Of a DNA stretch of 64,000 nt, positions 44,101 through 58,300 are shown one piece after another; position 1 is the stretch's first letter, and every line of letters starts with the position of its first letter. The DNA is from Antedon mediterranea (Eukaryota > Animalia > Echinodermata). Below the pieces are notes generated by a model, which was given only the letters and a program-made list of their open reading frames with translations, was not told where the DNA came from and searched no databases. The stretch is taken from assembly GCF_964355755.1 (NCBI RefSeq), contig NC_092670.1, positions 4,206,201 to 4,270,200 of the forward strand, in the 5' to 3' direction. A program made the position numbers and the translations under genes.

Positions 44101-47100
44101 TATCTTTTTTTTCTGATACAGATATTTAAACTTATACTGTTTGTAATCTTTCTAAGCTAGACCGGCTTGTTACTTCTATTTTTGACATCCATGCAACCAT
44201 ATTTGGAGTGGTGCTTGTGTCTGATTGTCTACTGTAAAAGGAGGTTACACTCTCTGGCATTGTAATGTGAATACAATATGTGAACACAAACATGCAGGTT
44301 TATACAAAAATAGTGACAAAATGTGATGTACCCAAATATGGTAGTGATATGCTCAAATATGGTTGTGATATGACATCATCATGTCCATATATGGGCACAT
44401 CACATTTATTTTTCACATAAAGTTTGTTAGTTAGTTAGACAGAGCTTTAGAATAATTTATTTCCTTTTATACAAATATATTACTACAGACTGACAGCTGG
44501 AATAGGAGAAAAACAATTTATGACTAAGAAGTTGACTCAGCCCATTTACGCTCTTGATGGCCTTTCCTTTCATTACAAGGTAGTATTATATTATTTAATA
44601 TCCTTTTATAAATACGATGAACATTAAAGATGTATTTTCCTCAAAACACATAAAAAATGAAGATTAATAAATAGACCATTTTGTAGTTTTAATAAAGTTA
44701 ATCATTTCCACAGGAAAAAAAATGGGAAAAAAATGTTTACACTTATAAAAAGACAAAACAAACCGTTAAATTCAACCAAAAACCTGCTGGCAACCAATGT
44801 GACTATTTTTGGCTTTAAATTACAGTTTTTTCAGTTTAATTAAAAAAAATAGAACATCAAAATGGCATATTCAACAAACAAATTTGACAATATATCTTTA
44901 AATAAGCCAATTTTTGCTACTGTAATATCGGTCTTTTCTACTGTTAAATAATTGCTGAACATTTTTATAATAGGTTCCATGGCCTGTTAATATTATAATT
45001 AATCCGGAATGTTTGAAGATATACAACCAAATACATACTTTCCTAGTTCAAGTGAAAAGAGCTAAATATGGTTTGGATCAATTGAGGGCTGTAGGTATGC
45101 ATCTTAATTTTATGTTAGTAAGTTTTCTACTTGACAATTTTATTCACTTACATCAAAATCAGAAATAATCAAAATTATTATGTTGCTCGATCCATGCGTC
45201 AATCAAGGGTTTATTTATTTCAATTGTTCCTGCAGTTTAAAAAAAATGAATTTTTACAATCGTGACAATTTGTAAAAATAGAAAAAAATTTGAAAAACAA
45301 AATAATAAAATGTAACATTAATATTAACATCACCATCATACAAAATAATAAAATGTAACATTAATATTAACATCACCATCATACAAAATAATAAAATGTA
45401 ACATTAATATTAACATCACCATCATACAAAATAATAAAATGTAACATTAATATTAACATCACCATCATACAAAATAATAAAATGTAACATTAATATTAAC
45501 ATCACCATCATACAAAATACAATAAATGTAACATTAATATTAACATCACCATCATACAAAATACAATAAAATGTAACATTAATATTAACATCACCATCAT
45601 ACAAAATACAATAAAATGTAACATTAATATTAACATCACCATCATACAAAATACAATAAAATGTAACATTAATATTAACATCACCATCATACAAAATACA
45701 ATAAAATGTAACATTAATATTAACATCACCATCATACAAAATACAATAAAATGTAACATTAATATTAACATCACCATCATACAAAATACAATAAAATGTA
45801 ACATTAATATTAACATCACCATCATACAAAATACAATAAAATGTAACATTAATATTAACATCACCATCATACAAAATACAATAAAATGTAACATTAATAT
45901 TAACATCACCATCATACAAAATACAATTGCAATTTATAAAAAAATACAATAGATAATCAAATACAAATATTAAAAAAAAAATGAATGAAAATGATTTTAT
46001 TTTGATTAGATTTGAATAATTCTGACAAGCCTCATCCTGTTGGCAAGGACAGCGGCTACAAAATGCACACGGATAAATTGGATCTCTTTCACAAGATGTT
46101 CATAATGAGAATGAAATTATTGCATTTTGTCAACAGTCTTCACGTCTACCTCATGACCAGGGTTTGTATCTAGCTTCTTACCTCTCATTTTCTTTTCTAC
46201 TTCTACTACTATTTTGAGAATATTTTGCACCTGTGACACATGTTCCTATTCAATTCCGTGTTTACAAACAATTTTTTTATTGAAAAATAAAGTGAAGTTT
46301 CATTTAAAACTATTTACATGAATTTTCAGGCAATATATAATGGATTTTTGCAAAATGTATGTCTTCTAAATCAGCATTTTTATACCTGAATGTCGCCCTC
46401 TAGAGATATAATATTTGTTGCCTTTCCCTCAACCGCCCACAAGTGTTTCATTATTATTATATCATAATTAAAAATTAAGTATATGGATGTCAAACATTTT
46501 GTTAGGTTTACTTTTTTTAATAATCATCAAAGTATCATTACAAATTTTGCAGAACATCATTTTCCAAATGTATTAGCATATAATAACATTATTATTTATA
46601 AAGACAATTGGAAAATGTATGTATAAAAATAGTCTAAAATCAAACTAGCTTAACAAAAATAGTGTGATGTGCCCAAATATGGTAGTGATATGACATCATC
46701 ATGTCCATATATGGGCACATCACATTTTTATAATATGTCTAAGTTTTGTTTCATCATTACATTTTAAGATATTACATGGCACTGGGTTAGAATACCAAGG
46801 TCGTCTAGAGAAAGCTGCTGACATGGATGAAGTCATGGAGGTTCATCAGGAATACATGATGGTAATTTTTGAGCGATGCCTTCTGCATAAAAAGGTTGGT
46901 TTTGTAAAAGAGGCCATAATGAAAGTATTGAATCTTGCTGTTGTTTTCCAACGTACCTGGGATGCTGGTATTATGAACTTGAGGTGAATATTGCTTCTTG
47001 TGTGTTTATTCAGACTGCCATTAAAAATAATATTTTCTTTGTTTGGCATAAGAATATATTTATTTTTAATATTTAGAAAGAAAGTTTTTTTTATTGCTTT

Positions 47101-48020
47101 TTTTTGTATGTGTGTGTGCGTTGGGGTATGTTTGTATATATAATATGTATATATTTTTTTCTCATTTGTTCAAAAAATGCTATTTAAACAAGAAAAAATA
47201 TTTTTTATGTTATATGGGCTGGACTGAATAAGTATTTTACTTTTTTCTAGCTTCTTCCTTTATTAATGACATTAATACTATTATTTTTATAATTTTATCA
47301 AAAAAAGGAAGTAATAATAGTATAGCAATGTATGTTTCCTAACTGTATGATAACATATATTTGTTTTATAGTCATGAACGCTTTTTAAAGATGGCTGATG
47401 AGTTGAAGAAGTGCAATACATTCTTGATAACACTTTTAAGCAGTATAGTGAAGCGAGGTGCCTTTCCACACCGTAAGTTTAACTGATAGTAAACCATTCA
47501 CACTTTTAAGCAGTATAGTGAAGCGAGGTGCCTTTCCACATCGTAAGTACTGATAGTAGACCACAAGTTGATGTCTTATTTACAGGATTTCATGAATAGG
47601 CATTATACTATTATTATACAGTGATAACAATTTATAAGCAGAAACCAAAAGATGCACTGATTTTGTTTAAATTTAAACATAGTTTAAAACTGACCTTAAA
47701 TAACAACAGGGTTGGACTACTAAAGCGTGGTTCCTACTACAGACGCAATGCAAGGACGTACGTGCAACGCAAGCGAGCTGACCAATGACAAGCCACTGTT
47801 CGAATAATCTATCGCTTGTGATTGGCCAAATCACTTACGTTGCGTTTACGTCCTTGCATTGCGTCGCTAATGGGAGCCAAGCTTTTTGTAGCAATAATAC
47901 AGCGAATCAAATGTAATAAATGTTTTAATGATTGTGTTTTTTTAAACAGTGGAAGGGTTAGCTCTGGTTCTCACTTACAAAAATGAAAGAGAAGAGGATA
48001 CTGCTATAGAGAAAGCATGA
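35116..48020 (+). CDS. TUBGCP5: Gamma-tubulin complex component 5, about 963 aa, 21 exons: 35116-35190, 36025-36131, 36928-37036, 37439-37535, 38318-38403, 38567-38781, 39319-39408, 39717-39810, 39953-40163, 40297-40499, 40871-40986, 41254-41459, 42052-42265, 43024-43186, 43564-43718, 44489-44579, 44974-45094, 46010-46161, 46769-46983, 47372-47472, 47950-48020
   Basis: SNFRFHRFLDVDSHKVE, FDWTSYLLEG, TETQLIRETLW, VSHLT, VPSFLQPIIQQVLVAGKSMQL, LRNFYLLEAGDTMYDFY, YKVPWPVNIII, RGAFPHLEGLAL; exon lengths sum to 2892 nt. Confidence 0.93.
36161..36786. mobile_element. Non-autonomous DNA transposon (about 626 bp, Kolobok-like) in TUBGCP5 intron 2
   Basis: TTAA-AGCCCCATTCCCTAC...GCAGGGAAGGGGTCT-TTAA: imperfect 15-bp TIR and TTAA target duplication; interior richer in CpG than the flanks. 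Confidence 0.75.
37079..37170. mobile_element. MITE family B short copy, directly followed by a Penelope-like fragment
   Basis: AGCTCTGTCTACA...TAGTGTAGACAGAGCT. Confidence 0.75.
37605..38230. mobile_element. Harbinger-like non-autonomous element in TUBGCP5 intron 4
   Basis: TAA-GGCTGTGTTTATACAACAC...GTGTTGTATAAACGCGCCC-TAA. Confidence 0.7.
40549..40726. mobile_element. Small MITE
   Basis: TIR AAGGTTTATTGCAAAT / ATTTGCAATAAACCTT with TA-rich flanks. Confidence 0.7.
42371..42511. repeat. Tandem repeat, 44-bp unit x3
   Basis: AATTTACAAAGACGAGCAGTAACGGTAAACCATGTGGCTTGTCC. Confidence 0.95.
43810..44030 (-). mobile_element. Degenerate SINE (related copy on plus strand at about 63450-63592)
   Basis: Reverse complement ...AATACTAGGAAGGAT...CACCCTA...GGCTTAGTA...AACAGCT...CCCTATGTTCAGAAT matches 63490-63580; A-box-like TAGTCGAGTGG at the head. 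Confidence 0.6.
44628..44897. mobile_element. Kolobok-like MITE, full-length copy
   Basis: TTAA-AGATGTATT...ACAATATATCT-TTAA. Confidence 0.65.
45297..45927. repeat. Minisatellite, 43-45-bp unit x14, in a TUBGCP5 intron
   Basis: ACAAAAT(AC)AATAAAATGTAACATTAATATTAACATCACCATCAT. Confidence 0.97.
47724..47883. mobile_element. MITE family A, diverged copy in the last TUBGCP5 intron
   Basis: AGCGTGGTTCCTACTAC...CTAATGGGAGCCAAGCT with the same internal CCAATGACAAG/GCTTGTGATTGG motifs. Confidence 0.8.
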
Positions 48021-48715
48021 TGTTCTATGGAGATATCACAATATACTAGACCTTGTATTAGCAGACCATTGTTTATTCAAAAAACATTTGGTAATGAATA
48101 AATGTACAGTAATTAGATATAACATACATCATAAAAAGATATAAGAAATGTCAACTCATAAAATGAGTATTAAGATTCTAAAATAAATAATCATAAATAA
48201 ATATCAGTATATATCTCATTTAATTTATTTAGTAGTGAACAAAACATTTTATACAAATAGACACAAAAGTTACTACAGTAAATTATACCTTAATCACCTG
48301 GGATAATAACCTGAGATAAATAGACTCTTGAATTCTTAAGCTATCTACACTATCAAACCAGATGTGCCCATATATGGACATATCACTACCATATTTGGCC
48401 ACATTACATTTTTTTTGTCAAACTAGTTTGATAGTGTAGAGTGGTGGAGGACAATGTTGGGTTGGCTTGTTGTAGCTGTACAATAACAATTACAATAGGC
48501 TACATTGTTCGGAAAGAGGTACACTGTTACAGATTGATAACCATCAATTATTTAATTTTGTTAAAAACATTTTGATGTTCTTTTGATATTGACCGTGTGA
48601 ATTTTAAATATACTGTTTTAATATGTTTTCTATGTTAACAAATGGGCATTATGTTGCCCATGAAAAAAAAAACGTTATGTGCAAAATCGGTCTTTACATT
48701 AGTTATGTGGTGTGA

Positions 48716-48887
48716 AGCTTGGTTCCCACTAGAACGTAACGCAAGGACGTAAACGCAACGCAAGCGTTTTAAGCAATGACAAGCGAAGTTATAGACAGTT
48801 AGCAATCACAAGCGAATAAGCCATCGCTTGTGATTGGTCAATTCACTTGCGTTGCGTTACGTCCTTGTGTTGCGTCGCTAGTGGGAA
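48716..48887 (+). mobile_element. MITE family A, right terminus truncated
   Basis: Nearly identical to 11398-11568. Confidence 0.85.
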
Positions 48888-49275
48888 AAATATACACAAT
48901 TTTAAAATGGCCTGAAACATGCACTAAATTGGTTAGAAATTGATTTTTCATATTTCGAATTTTAAAACACAATAATTAAGAAAAAAAATTCTTTTTAGAA
49001 TTGTGACTTTGACTTTTGAGTCTCCTTTAGATTTTGGGTCCTTATACCTCCAAGCGTACAATGTTTTTAAAATTGTTAACAAGTTTTATTTTCCCTGAAG
49101 AATAATCTAGATGTCCTTGTATACTATATATTATTATTATTGTACAGCGCTTTGGTCTTTTTTTTTTTTTTTTGGAAAAGCGCTTTTTAAATCCATATAG
49201 TACAGTATTGTTATACGTTTCGTAAGATATTCGGCTAAAAACTGAGCAAGTACCCACAAACAGACACGGGTGCGA

Positions 49276-49432
49276 AAACATAATAGGGCCTAGTCGAAGG
49301 TGGTAAAACATAATAGGGCCTAGTCGAAGGTGGTAAAACATAATAGGGCCTAGTCGAAGGTGGTAAAACATAATAGGGCCTAGTCGAAGGTGGTAAAACA
49401 TAATAGGGCCTAGTCGAAGGTGGTAAAACATA
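49276..49432. repeat. Tandem repeat, 30-bp unit x5
   Basis: AAAACATAATAGGGCCTAGTCGAAGGTGGT. Confidence 0.97.
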
Positions 49433-49830
49433 CCATAAAGCATGTGGAATGGGATATCCCTTTTGTGGTTTTATGGACAATAAGGTTGTTTTTACAAGAA
49501 AGGGTATGCACAGCCATTCAGCCATATCATGAAAAATAATTTGACGGACCATAAACTATTCCGTACTGACATCAAAAGGCCCTTTGAGACACATTACGTA
49601 AGGCAGTATGAAATCTGGCTATGTGCATTTTAACATGCCTATTTAGTACATAATACCAAAACAAATATTTTTAGGTTGACCTCATAAATTTTCAAAACAC
49701 AAAATGGACGCCAAAATAAATTTGTCGTGGTTTTGGCAAAAAAGAACTATATAGCAAAATGTCAATATCCTACCTAAACATTGGTGAAATAGGTAAGAAA
49801 AAAATGTATAATTGTGTTACTGATTACTCA

Positions 49831-50353
49831 GAACGCCGCCCGATACCTGAACACCACCCGATAGCTAACACCACCCGATACCTGAACACCGCCCGCTACC
49901 TGAACACCACCCAATACCTGAACGCCGCCGGATACCTGAACGCCACCCGATAGCCAACACCACCCGATACCTGAACACCGCCCGATAGCTAACACCACCC
50001 GATACCTGAACACCGCCCGATACCTGAACACCACCCAATACCTAAACGCCGCCGGATACCTGAACACCACCCGATACCGAACACCACGCGATATCTGAAC
50101 ACCACCCGATACCTGAACGCCACCCGATACCTGAACACCACCCGATACTTAACACCGCCCGATACCTGAACACCGCCCGATACCTGAACACCACCCAATA
50201 CCTAAACGCCGCCGGATACCCGAACACCACCCGATACCTAACACCACCCGATATCTGAACACCACCCGATACCTGAACGCCGCCCGATACCTGAACACCA
50301 CCCGATACTTAACACCACCCGATACCTGAACACCGCCCGATACCTGAACACCG
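49831..50353. repeat. C-rich minisatellite, 17-18-bp unit, about 29 copies
   Basis: GATACCTGAACACCACCC and variants. Confidence 0.95.
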
Positions 50354-52334
50354 ATATTGTTTGTTACTTTATTTACAGTTTCTCAGTTACTATTAATTAA
50401 GAATCTTCTAAATACTTTCAAATGAATTTGTTGTGTGAGCAATCTTGTCAACCTATTTTAAAACGCATTGGTAATACTTCCAAATGTTTTTCTTGAAATC
50501 TCACATGAATCTCTGTTTGAAGATAGGCCTACTTATCTTCACAGACCGTAGGACACACCATATTACATAGTATCCTATCATTTTGTGTGCTTCGAAAACT
50601 TTAGGCCTACCTGATATTTACCTGATATCCAATTTTAATTTCATATATTTCTTCTTTTCATCAAAATGAAATAGATCAATTCAATTGATCTATATCCCAA
50701 ATTGGTTTTTTTTTTTGCAATTCCATTCCGAGCAACTGGTTAAAATTATTGTTAGTGTTAGTGTTTAACAGGAGGCCTGGTTCATCTTCAGTAGGCCTAA
50801 GTATCTAAACATTTGTCCCGATACATTGGTGTTACAAACTGAAAATTCATCATTAGAAAATAAATATTCTTGACTTATATCATAATAAGTTTATTTATTG
50901 TCAAATTAAATAATCGAATAATAACATTGATATTGTTAATTTTTCCGCCTAATTTTTATAAACATGTTTCAGGCAACCCCTTATGTCCCGATCGTACATT
51001 TTCTATTTTATGATCACAGTATTTATTTGAAAATATTTTAAAGTTAGGATTTTCCTTCGATTTTATTACTCAAAATACCTTAATTCATACTTTGAATACC
51101 AAACTACAAAGTGTTTGTTTGCAAAAAAAAAACAGAATGCGTCACACTAATGTGCATATATCTACTGTTATAGTTTAAGTGGTGCGATGGGGAAACAAAT
51201 GGATTGTGTGTAGTAAATACGTGAAGAGATGGAAATACAACTAGCCGCACATTATTTTCAATAAAGAAAAAAAAAGCTTATGTTCAAATTATATATCGGA
51301 CTCTTAAATATACTCAAACCAAATGTCAAAGTCATTTTTTTTGTCATTTCGTCACGGATCTCCTTCACATCAGGGAAGAGTGAAATGAATGTAGGGCCTA
51401 ATTTCACTTTTCACTGTTCACATTGATATTTTATCCTTTTAAATTAAAAAATATTTCCAATGAACTATTTGATATAATTGAAAAATAGTAATAGGCCTAT
51501 TAGTTTTAAAGAATGTGTAAAACATACTAGGCCTATATTCTAAAAATTAACACTTTTTGGAATAGTAAATACTAGTATCAAAGAAATATGGAAATTCCAA
51601 ACCTGTTATTTTTTCTCTACCTTTGTTTATTACTTAAATGTGACGAATATGAAGCAAAATTGAGCCATGTATCTACAAATACGAATAAAATACGAAATAT
51701 TATAAAAATTGCGCCAAACAAAGGCTTGTAATTTAATACATAATCGTTTATCTGGAAAAAAAGTTTTAATCGTTTTTATATAACCGTTTATGACCCGTCT
51801 ACTCATTTTTCAACACAGTAATGATAGCAATAAACGATCTTTAACATAGACTTAAAATTATAAAACATTTAGGCCTATAAAGTAACGATGTAAAAGTATG
51901 CCAACAAACTACATAACATAGACAGTAAAGTGTTGAAAAAACCCATTGAAGTATATCCGGTCTTTTGATAAGCTCGCGATCTAATCCTAAGAATCAATCA
52001 AAATCACGACTCTTCACAAGTCGAATTACACATGTCTTCTTCCGCAAATAAACAACTTAAATGCTGTTCCTCATTAGATAAAACAAAACATTTAGAAAAT
52101 AAGCATGTATGTACGTTTAGAAATATATAATGTATGTGTTTATTAAAATATAATTAGTTTATTTAAAACCTTTTTTTTTGTAAGAATGGCGTATTGATAT
52201 TTGTGTGGTTAAGTGCTAGAAGAGTATCTTTCTTGTTTCTTGAACTGACGTACTGAGGCAGTGTTTTGGATAAAGTTGGTTCTTGTCATTTCTTGAGAAA
52301 GTTCTTCGAAGAATGGGATATCAGAAGTGGCATA

Positions 52335-55300
52335 ATGTATATTCAAATGGCTAGTATTCGCCTTATGCTTTTTAGTTGGATTTTAGTGCTATGTTTTATC
52401 AAGTCGTGTTTCGGTAAGTGATGTCATCTTTAGATTTTGTTATTTAAATGTTCTGCGGTTTGATCAAAGATCTACGGGAAGCTCTCGCTCGCAATGAGTG
52501 GTGGAGCGGTTTCGTCCAGTGTACTAAACTTAACTACCGCTATGGTGATGTGCCTAGAGCTGGGCTTAGCTTGATACAGTATGTGTTAAAATAAGGGTCA
52601 AATATAACAATAGAAAACAGTATATATTATTATAATAATTACAAATCAGTCACAAGAAAGTTAAGTCTCTATCGATTGGTATTTTAGTCATTATTTACTT
52701 TCATAAATATTAAGTGTAAACATCCTATCTATTATGTAAATATAAAGTATTCATTCTGCTGAGGCTCTGCTCTGTCTGAGTTTACTGCTGCTGTAACAAC
52801 TCCAAAAGGTAAATACAGCATAACACCGTCACCACTGCGCAGCGGGTGAATGAAAATTGGGTAAGTTCGGGAGATTGTGGATGTGGTGCAAAAGTGCAGC
52901 AACACAAAAAAAAAGGGGTTAGGGGATTTTCATGAAGAAACATTTCTGTAGTTTCGTGCTACAGGCACACACACGTTTTTCGCCGATGTTTTATCGCGAT
53001 ACAGTCGCAGTACCTATTAGATTATTTTTTCTATGAATTTTAGTGATGTACATTGTGCAGTAGGCTGGAAACTTTTAATTTAAGAAACATTTTACACTCA
53101 TTTTCTTACACACTTCTCTTTTATGATTTTTAAAATAACCCGGTGTCCTTAAAATCCTATGAAAAAGTTATGTTAATGTTATTTTTATGTTCATGAATGG
53201 CTGGGCATGACGTTTGTAATCTGCCACCATTTTCCAACCAAGGTTTTCATTTCATAAGTGAAGACATTTTGTTAGTAGTTAACTTGATAAAAAAAATAAA
53301 AAACCATCTTCAATACTTATTGGATTCAACAACATCACAACCACAACTTTACATTTAATAATGTATACCCAAAATGTATCACAAACTGTTTTAGCTATTC
53401 ACATTGACCCTAAATTAAGTTGTTCCACACATGTAAAGTAGTACTGTAAATCATCTCAACTCAACTTGGTTTTTCCAGCTATCTTTACTGTAGTGTATGT
53501 GCTCGACAATTCACTCATCCATACTCCATTATTCTTCCTTGCATGGACTATTGCCGTAGTGAAATCAACATTGACCGAATACAGACAATTCAAAATAAAG
53601 CCTTTTGCATCATCCCTAAAGCTCATCTTCTCACACCACCAATCAGAACATTACAAAGTTTTCCTTCATCTTCTTGCAGTACATTTCTTAATCTTGTCAC
53701 TAAATCATTTTAAGTTTGTTTTTAACAAATACCCTGATACTGAAAGAAAAATTGCTACTTAACTCCAACTGAGGTCTTCTCCAACCAGAATAAATTATAT
53801 TTTTATGGAATTCTGAATACAATGAATTAAATATTAATTATTAAATTAAATATTTATAAAATGTATACAACCTTAGCTTCCATTTTAAAGAAAAAAAAAG
53901 TTTTTTTTAAATAAAAATGCGACCGGTTAACATTCTGAATACAATTATTATTTAATGAATTAAATATTAATTAATTATTAAATGAAATATTTATAAAATG
54001 TATACAACCTCCAGCTTCCATGGAAAAAGTTTTAAGGAAAAAAAATGTTTTAATAAAAATGCGACCGGTTAAAAATTTCTTAAAAATGAATGGACTTGCC
54101 CAACAATTTAGGTTCCATATTTTTTCTATGAATTTGTTTCATTTCATGTCAAAGGTCATAGTGTCTTAAACGTACTGTATATAAAAGTGATGAATTTAAT
54201 GGTATAATGGCTGAATGGAGTACTGTAAAAGGACAAAACTGAATGTTACAATATAAGAATACTGTAGAACAGTGTCTGACACAAGTAGTATTTTTCTTAT
54301 GAAAAATATTTTGTTTTATAAAAATCTTTACTCTACTGTAGTTTACTGTATACCAGAAAAAACAACATGTTCGTGATCATTTTTGGAGCAGCTCAGTAGG
54401 TATGTCCTGGGAAAAAACATATCAACAATCCTAAATTCTCAATTGTCAACTTTTTAAAAACATTTTGATAAAAAACAGTGCTTCACTTTGATTTATAATC
54501 AAAGGAAGTACTTTGGAACCATTCATTGCAATAATTTCCTTAATAGATATCGTAGAAAGATAAATGATGTCCATTGATAGTTTAAATTATTTGCATGCTG
54601 TGCACATCCTTATCTACAATGCATATGCATATCACTATAGGAAAATCCAATACATTAGATGTGTATCATGGAGTTAAAAACTGTAGTCTATGTTTAGACC
54701 TAGAACAAATGACATGTCTGTTTTTATAATGTATTGTTTATTGTACAATTATTACAATCATGAAAGAAAACAATCAAACGTACTATTTGTTTGTGCTTTT
54801 ATAGTACTGTAATATTACTAATTGTTTATCTTGAATAATTTCATTACCAGTCACAACAGTCTGTTGTGGACCAGATATTTTTTTTTTTAATTTTTAAAAC
54901 CAAATACAACAGCAAAAACAAATCCGCTTCTTACAGTTTGGTTTCAGAAACAAAGACATCAAGACAATTACAACAACTCAGAAAACTATTATAATTTGAT
55001 AATCAAATCAACAAAAATAGACACAGTTTTCTCCTAAGAATAAGTTTTCATAACTTTCTATGACAAACAAATTACTAAGCTAATTATTAAAATACCATGA
55101 TTGATAAACAAGTTATTTCATTTCACACATTTTATTTCCTAAGCTCATTTGAAAAATAACAAATATTTGACCTAGAATCTAAAACCCATTGTGTTTGGGT
55201 TTGTTCTCACCAATTTTCAATTCATTTGAGAGGCATATGCCGCAATTTTCTATTCAAATTACTTAATTAACTCAAGTTGTTAATGAATAGTCCTGTCAGG

Positions 55301-58300
55301 ACTTGCTTTACCCTTGCTTCAGTGAGTATAGTATGTTAACAGGGTAAGTGAAACGTGTTTAATGTCTGTTATAAGATCCAACAAAGAGGATCATTGTGTC
55401 CTAGCCTAGCATTTTAATTATTTTTCACACTTACAGAATTGTTTTTGATTTTGACTAGTAGTGCCCACTGTAGCTAGACCACATAGGATCTAACAAATGT
55501 TGATCTAAAACCACCTACAGTACATAACGCCTAAACCATTATTATTTTTGATAAAGTTAGTCAGACTTTATACAGTACTCTCAGCTGTCAGGGGTAGATC
55601 CAGCATTATAGATTAGGAAGTGGGGAGCTAAATATTTCACAATGATAACAAAATCCGTCAAGTTGAAGAAAAATAAAAAATTGTTTTTAAAAAGTCATGG
55701 CTGTTTAATTTTAGGGGCTAAAGCCCTTTGTAACCCCCACCTGCCGCCTACAATTTGAGTTCTTTTTAATTTTGGCAATCCGGTACACAGCCCAATTACA
55801 ACATTGTAATACTGGCCGGCAAAGTTACAGGTTTTGTTTTTTAATTTAAAAACTGATACTAGTACTATAGAGATTAAATATTTTTTTAAAAGATGTACAG
55901 TAGTAGGAACTGGACTGTTAAATCAGTAGGTGGTAAAATAGTTAGAAAATGGTAGCTGGGTGGACGGCAGAATGTAACTCCCTATTGGATAGCTTACAGT
56001 ATGGGAGAGAGCTAAATGACGCTTTAAAATGAAAAAGTGCAGTTACCTAACACATGGAACCAAATGGAATATTATATTAAATTTCTATTGAAAGATGTCA
56101 ACATTTTTTTATAATGAAATCAATTGTTTAAAAATATGTTTTAATGAAATTACTTTGAATGTTTTAAAATAAAAAAGTGCAGTGACATCGGTTTGGAAAA
56201 GATGTACCTGAGTACTTTCACTTGTAAATTGAGGTTTCTCCTGATTCCTTACGTTATTCATGACCGACATATGAACCTATTAGCATAAGGATGTGGTATT
56301 ATTTTACTCTACAGTAATAATATTTCTTCAAATTAATCTAGTAATGATTGTAATTTGTTGTCCAGACAGAAACCATATCACCTTTCCAGTTTACAATTTG
56401 TTATTTATTTAATTTTACTATTAAAATCATTTTCTGCTGAGTGTGTTTATTTAGCAACTATAATAAAAGCATCTTAATAACATTCCATAAATACATATTT
56501 TAATTTTATCGTACTGAAAAACCAAATTGTAGTCAACATTTGAACTTCATTTTGGCACAAAACCAAATGTGATATAGACTCAAGTTATTAAGTTTCCAAA
56601 ACAAAATGCGTCTTATACTCCAGTTATCACGTTCGTTATTTTCAGCCGTCTTTACACATCGCACATTCAGGTCATAACATAGAGGTCTAAAGCCCTGTCT
56701 ACACTATTAAACTTTATGTGACAAAAAATGTGTCCATATATGGACATGATGATGTCATATCACTACCATATTTAATCATATCACTATCATATTTGGGCAC
56801 ATCACTTTTTTTTGTCAAACCCGGTTGATAGTGTAGACAGAGCTTAAGGCTATACAAGTATTTGCTGTTACTTCAAGACCTACAGTACTGTAATGAACAA
56901 TTCATCATGTCTCCGTAATCAAATTTCTAATTTAATAAAATACACTTACAATGAAAGTTGTCTTGCCTTTGATTTTGAACACCGGTAAACAACTTAGAAA
57001 TAAAAGAATTAAAGACTTTACAATCTGGTATAGGAAATCACATCACTCTGTTTGCCTAACAGCTGAGCAGAGTATTGAACTCACCTCCAATTGTAAATGA
57101 ACTCTGTATGCAAAACTACTTTGTGGAAACAAAAGATAGATAAATAACGCAATTTATCAGTTTATTAATACTATGAATTACTTTAATAAGAAGTAGTTAA
57201 ATAAAAGTACTACACATTGCAAGTACTGTACATAAAAATGTCCAATGAAATTCAAAAAGCTTGTTTACTATGAAAAAAAATTATTCACTGTCCCATATTA
57301 AAATCATAATTTTATAGAATAATATTTACTAATAAAAATAATGATGTGTTTATATTTGTTGTAGGTTTGTGGTACATGGGTTGTTACACTGAACTTGAAT
57401 CATCCAACTTTACTCTATATGGCAACTCAACATCACTATCATCTGGGGTAGCTTGCTCTTCTTTATGCTACTCTGAAGGGTAATTTATTTAATTTTTTAT
57501 TTTATTTTCCTCTACTGTATGCCACTGTGTTTTTTTTAAGGAAAAAGATGATTCTGTTGGTTGTTTAACATTTAGAATTTACTGATTTCAGGTATTTTGT
57601 TTTATTTTATGTTTTCAGGTTTCTATATGCTGCTGTGAGTAATGGTGCTGAGTGTAAATGTAATAATGTTATTGAGGGTGTTGTAACAGTTAATAATAGT
57701 GATTCCTGTTCTATAAGGTAGGTACAGTAAATGTTATGATACAAGTAATGGATGTTTATGAGTTTAATATGGAGAGTTGGGGAGAGGAGAGGAGGGGCAT
57801 GTCACAATTGCAACATCAGTCCATGAATTTATCAAGGAATAACTGATAATTGTAGAAGCAGCACAGAACTTCGTAATGTCCATGACACGAACATACTACT
57901 GTAGGTTACAGTCGCATTAAAATATTTTTGTTATACCTACTTAAACTACAAAAAAATGAAATGTTTTTAAAATTCTAAATTGTAATGTCCATGACTAAAC
58001 AAGAAACTGTTTTCTGAATGTAAATTGCACAATGTTTACAAAAAGCAGAACATGCAATAGAACCGTTTAATAGAACCGTTAAATATGACTTTTCCATGCG
58101 GTAGAACCAATATTCAGATAGTAAGGGATATACAGTACTTATTTGTTATAAAAATCACATTAACCTTCCATTGGTGGATTGATATTTTCTTAAATCACAT
58201 CTTGCACATTGTTTACAAAGTTTATCGCATGCCCAGTTCAGTTTCTAAAATTGTAAAAGTTTAATGTTTTGTCAAGTGCATACATGGTGTTTTAACCGGT

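Noticed and set aside
45422-45949. Repetitive 175-aa and 135-aa ORFs
   Set aside because: Translation artefacts of the 45-bp minisatellite, antisense within an intron.
49042-50230. Several repetitive ORFs
   Set aside because: Products of the 30-bp and 18-bp tandem repeats; no splice or homology support.
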